From: Phoronis australis
Taxonomy: Eukaryota; Animalia; Phoronida
Length of the DNA: 64,000 nt
Assembly (NCBI GenBank): GCA_002633005.1
Contig: NMRA01000071.1
Location: 427,511 to 491,510 of the forward strand
Reading direction: 5' to 3'
Both the position numbers and the translations under genes were made by a program. Position 1 is the first letter of the stretch; every line of letters starts with the position of its first letter. Below, piece after piece: positions 63,101-64,000 of this stretch. The notes under the pieces are model-generated. The model worked only from the letters and a program-made list of their open reading frames with translations. It searched no databases and was not told where the DNA came from.

Positions 63101-63688
63101 TTTCGAGTCTTGTTATTTGACGTCTGCCCCTCTGTCAACCAAACCACTGTAAGGATGGTTGTGGAAATAGGCATGTCTGTTCCTAATGTGAAGCGGAAGT
63201 CTGACGATGATTTTCCGATGACTTTATCTACTGTGGCACCTCTTAGTGGCAGTTATGTTGTTTTGTGCCTATAGCCTCTTTGTGGCAAGTTCATTTTTTC
63301 GTTTTCCTCTGTTTCTCAGAAGTTCCTTGACTTATTTTTATGAAATTTGGTAAATTGCTTTGATGACACATACAAGCTTTTGGATGAATTCAACATATTT
63401 TGTGCCATCCACTGGTCATTTTTATGTTCCAAATAAACACCCCTAGAAGCACACCATTAGCGGTTCATTCGTGGACGCATTTCAACGCTCCGCGTTGCTC
63501 TTGTTCTCGTTTTTGCCATCATCACAGGAGACAATGATGAACAAATGATGAACACTTTTAAGAACAGTCTGCCAGTTGTGCAGCACTTTGTTCACAGTTC
63601 TTTTGTTATTTCCAGTTCTCACCCATGAATTAATTCAACAAGGTCTAACTCAGGCTCAACAGTCCTGCACAGATGCACAGAAAAACAG
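42136..63688 (+). CDS. INTS3: Integrator complex subunit 3 (SOSS-A), first 25 exons; 3' end beyond window
   Basis: Exons 42136-42192, 43853-43936, 45665-45748, 46155-46268, 46492-46576, 47197-47263 ([13 protein letters not shown]), 47501-47642, 48160-48289 (IGRDLVR), 48735-48880 (RTSRKFL..KRYQDW), 49496-49639 ([23 protein letters not shown]), 49932-50019 ([10 protein letters not shown]), 50466-50545, 50927-51018, 51228-51319, 51586-51678, 52877-53015, 53279-53440, 54480-54524, 54745-54864, 55656-55806, 57750-57894, 58442-58555 ([15 protein letters not shown]), 59090-59303, 60770-60873, 63616-63688; phases chain correctly. Confidence 0.93.
42711..42853. mobile_element. Short MITE with 5-bp TSD (contains internal N gap)
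   Basis: Ends CAGTGGCGCATTT / GGATCCGCCCCTG; TATTT on both flanks; homologous to 45962-46115. Confidence 0.7.
43448..43552 (+). repeat. 7-bp microsatellite (TGCATGR)15
   Basis: 14 TGCATG plus 1 TGCACG on the INTS3 sense strand. Confidence 0.9.
43930..44812 (+). repeat. 38-bp repeat, ~22 copies, derived from INTS3 exon 2 donor
   Basis: Native ACTCACAT|GTAAGTAACCACCTCAGTAGCGGTCT vs unit ACTSACCACT|GTAAGKAACAACCCCRTTAKCTGTCT. Confidence 0.85.
45962..46115. mobile_element. Short MITE with 5-bp TSD, same family as 42711-42853
   Basis: Ends CAGTGGCAGATTT / GATCCGCCCCTG; AGTCT on both flanks; shared internal tcctggctaat..caaaatcct. Confidence 0.75.
49045..49195. repeat. 24-bp repeat x6
   Basis: CATTTCACACATGTGTTGCTTGCC. 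Confidence 0.9.
50998..51051 (+). repeat. 27-bp duplication of INTS3 exon 13 end plus donor
   Basis: AGTSGACAAGCGTGTCATGCA|GTAAGT twice. Confidence 0.9.
51694..52174. repeat. 26-bp minisatellite, ~18 copies, 15 nt after INTS3 exon 15 donor
   Basis: CTTACTCTAGGTAGTGRCACTGTGTG. Confidence 0.92.
53655..54345. repeat. ~19-bp degenerate minisatellite
   Basis: GCTGCACACTTAACTGTYR variants. Confidence 0.88.
54831..55255 (+). repeat. 46-bp repeat, ~8-9 copies, of INTS3 exon 19 end plus donor
   Basis: TAGGATAYTACCTGTTGTATTACCTGAAAGTAGG|GTAGGTATTGCG; divergence increases into the intron. Confidence 0.9.
55790..56870 (+). repeat. 45-bp repeat x24 of INTS3 exon 20 end plus donor
   Basis: CTGACATCTACACTACG|GTAGGACATACATTTTGTAACCACTCAA; essentially identical copies. 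Confidence 0.95.
57035..57700. repeat. 21-bp degenerate minisatellite upstream of INTS3 exon 21
   Basis: CACTGGCCYCTCCTACAATTA variants. Confidence 0.9.
59928..60450. repeat. 23-bp degenerate minisatellite
   Basis: GACAATACTATGTCAGTACCAAT variants. Confidence 0.88.
61503..63505 (+). mobile_element. Helentron-associated / DINE-1-like non-autonomous element with internal tandem repeats
   Basis: Starts TTTTTATGCACCCACATAT..ATGTGGTGGCATAT (5' hairpin) followed by GTCCGTC-like motifs; body of diverged repeats sharing CCCCTAGTGGC; ends with small hairpin CAACGC-TCC-GCGTTG and CTTGTT. Confidence 0.7.
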
Positions 63689-63717
63689 GTAGGTGGTGAT
63701 GACAACAGTTTCTAACT

Positions 63718-64000
63718 TGCATCATCCATAATGCCTTGGTTGGACCAGTGGCGTTATCAATGGTAAGTCCAACATCCATAATGCCTTGGTTGGACCAGTG
63801 GCATTATCAATGGTAAGTCCATCATCCATAATGCCTTGGTTGGACCAGTGCCATTATCAATGGTAAGTCCATCATCCATAACGCCTTGGTTGGACCAGTG
63901 GCATTATCAATGGTAAGTCCAACATCCATAATGCCTTGGTTGGACCAGTGCCATTATCAATGGTAAGTCCAGCATCCATAATGCCTTGGTTGGACCAGTG
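63718..64000. repeat. 50-bp tandem repeat 30 nt after INTS3 exon 25 donor, running off the window
   Basis: CATCCATAATGCCTTGGTTGGACCAGTGGCATTATCAATGGTAAGTCCAW. Confidence 0.92.

Overview
Eukaryotic (animal, most likely lophotrochozoan/protostome) genomic DNA with spliceosomal GT-AG introns. Five housekeeping genes lie in strictly alternating orientation (+ - + - +): the last exon of a divergent mitochondrial EF-Tu of the EF-Tu2 type (2434-3455), complete DHX34 (21 coding exons, minus), complete TM2D3/almondex (5 exons, plus), complete PSMC3/Rpt5 (12 exons, minus) and INTS3 (25 exons seen, continuing past the window end). Exon chains were traced by hand and intron phases are consistent. Introns are packed with unrelated minisatellites, MITEs, two 5'-truncated non-LTR insertions and a Helentron/DINE-1-like element. 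The most striking pattern is that at least 11 independent tandem arrays are amplified copies of a real exon-intron junction (exon end plus GT donor, or AG acceptor plus exon start), giving up to 24 near-identical splice sites per exon; two of them are in frame and stop-free. A ~0.6-0.7 kb duplication containing DHX34 exon 19 around a single N is probably two haplotypes joined by the assembler. Most long ORFs in the supplied track are repeat artefacts. No CRISPR array, rRNA or convincing intact tRNA was seen.
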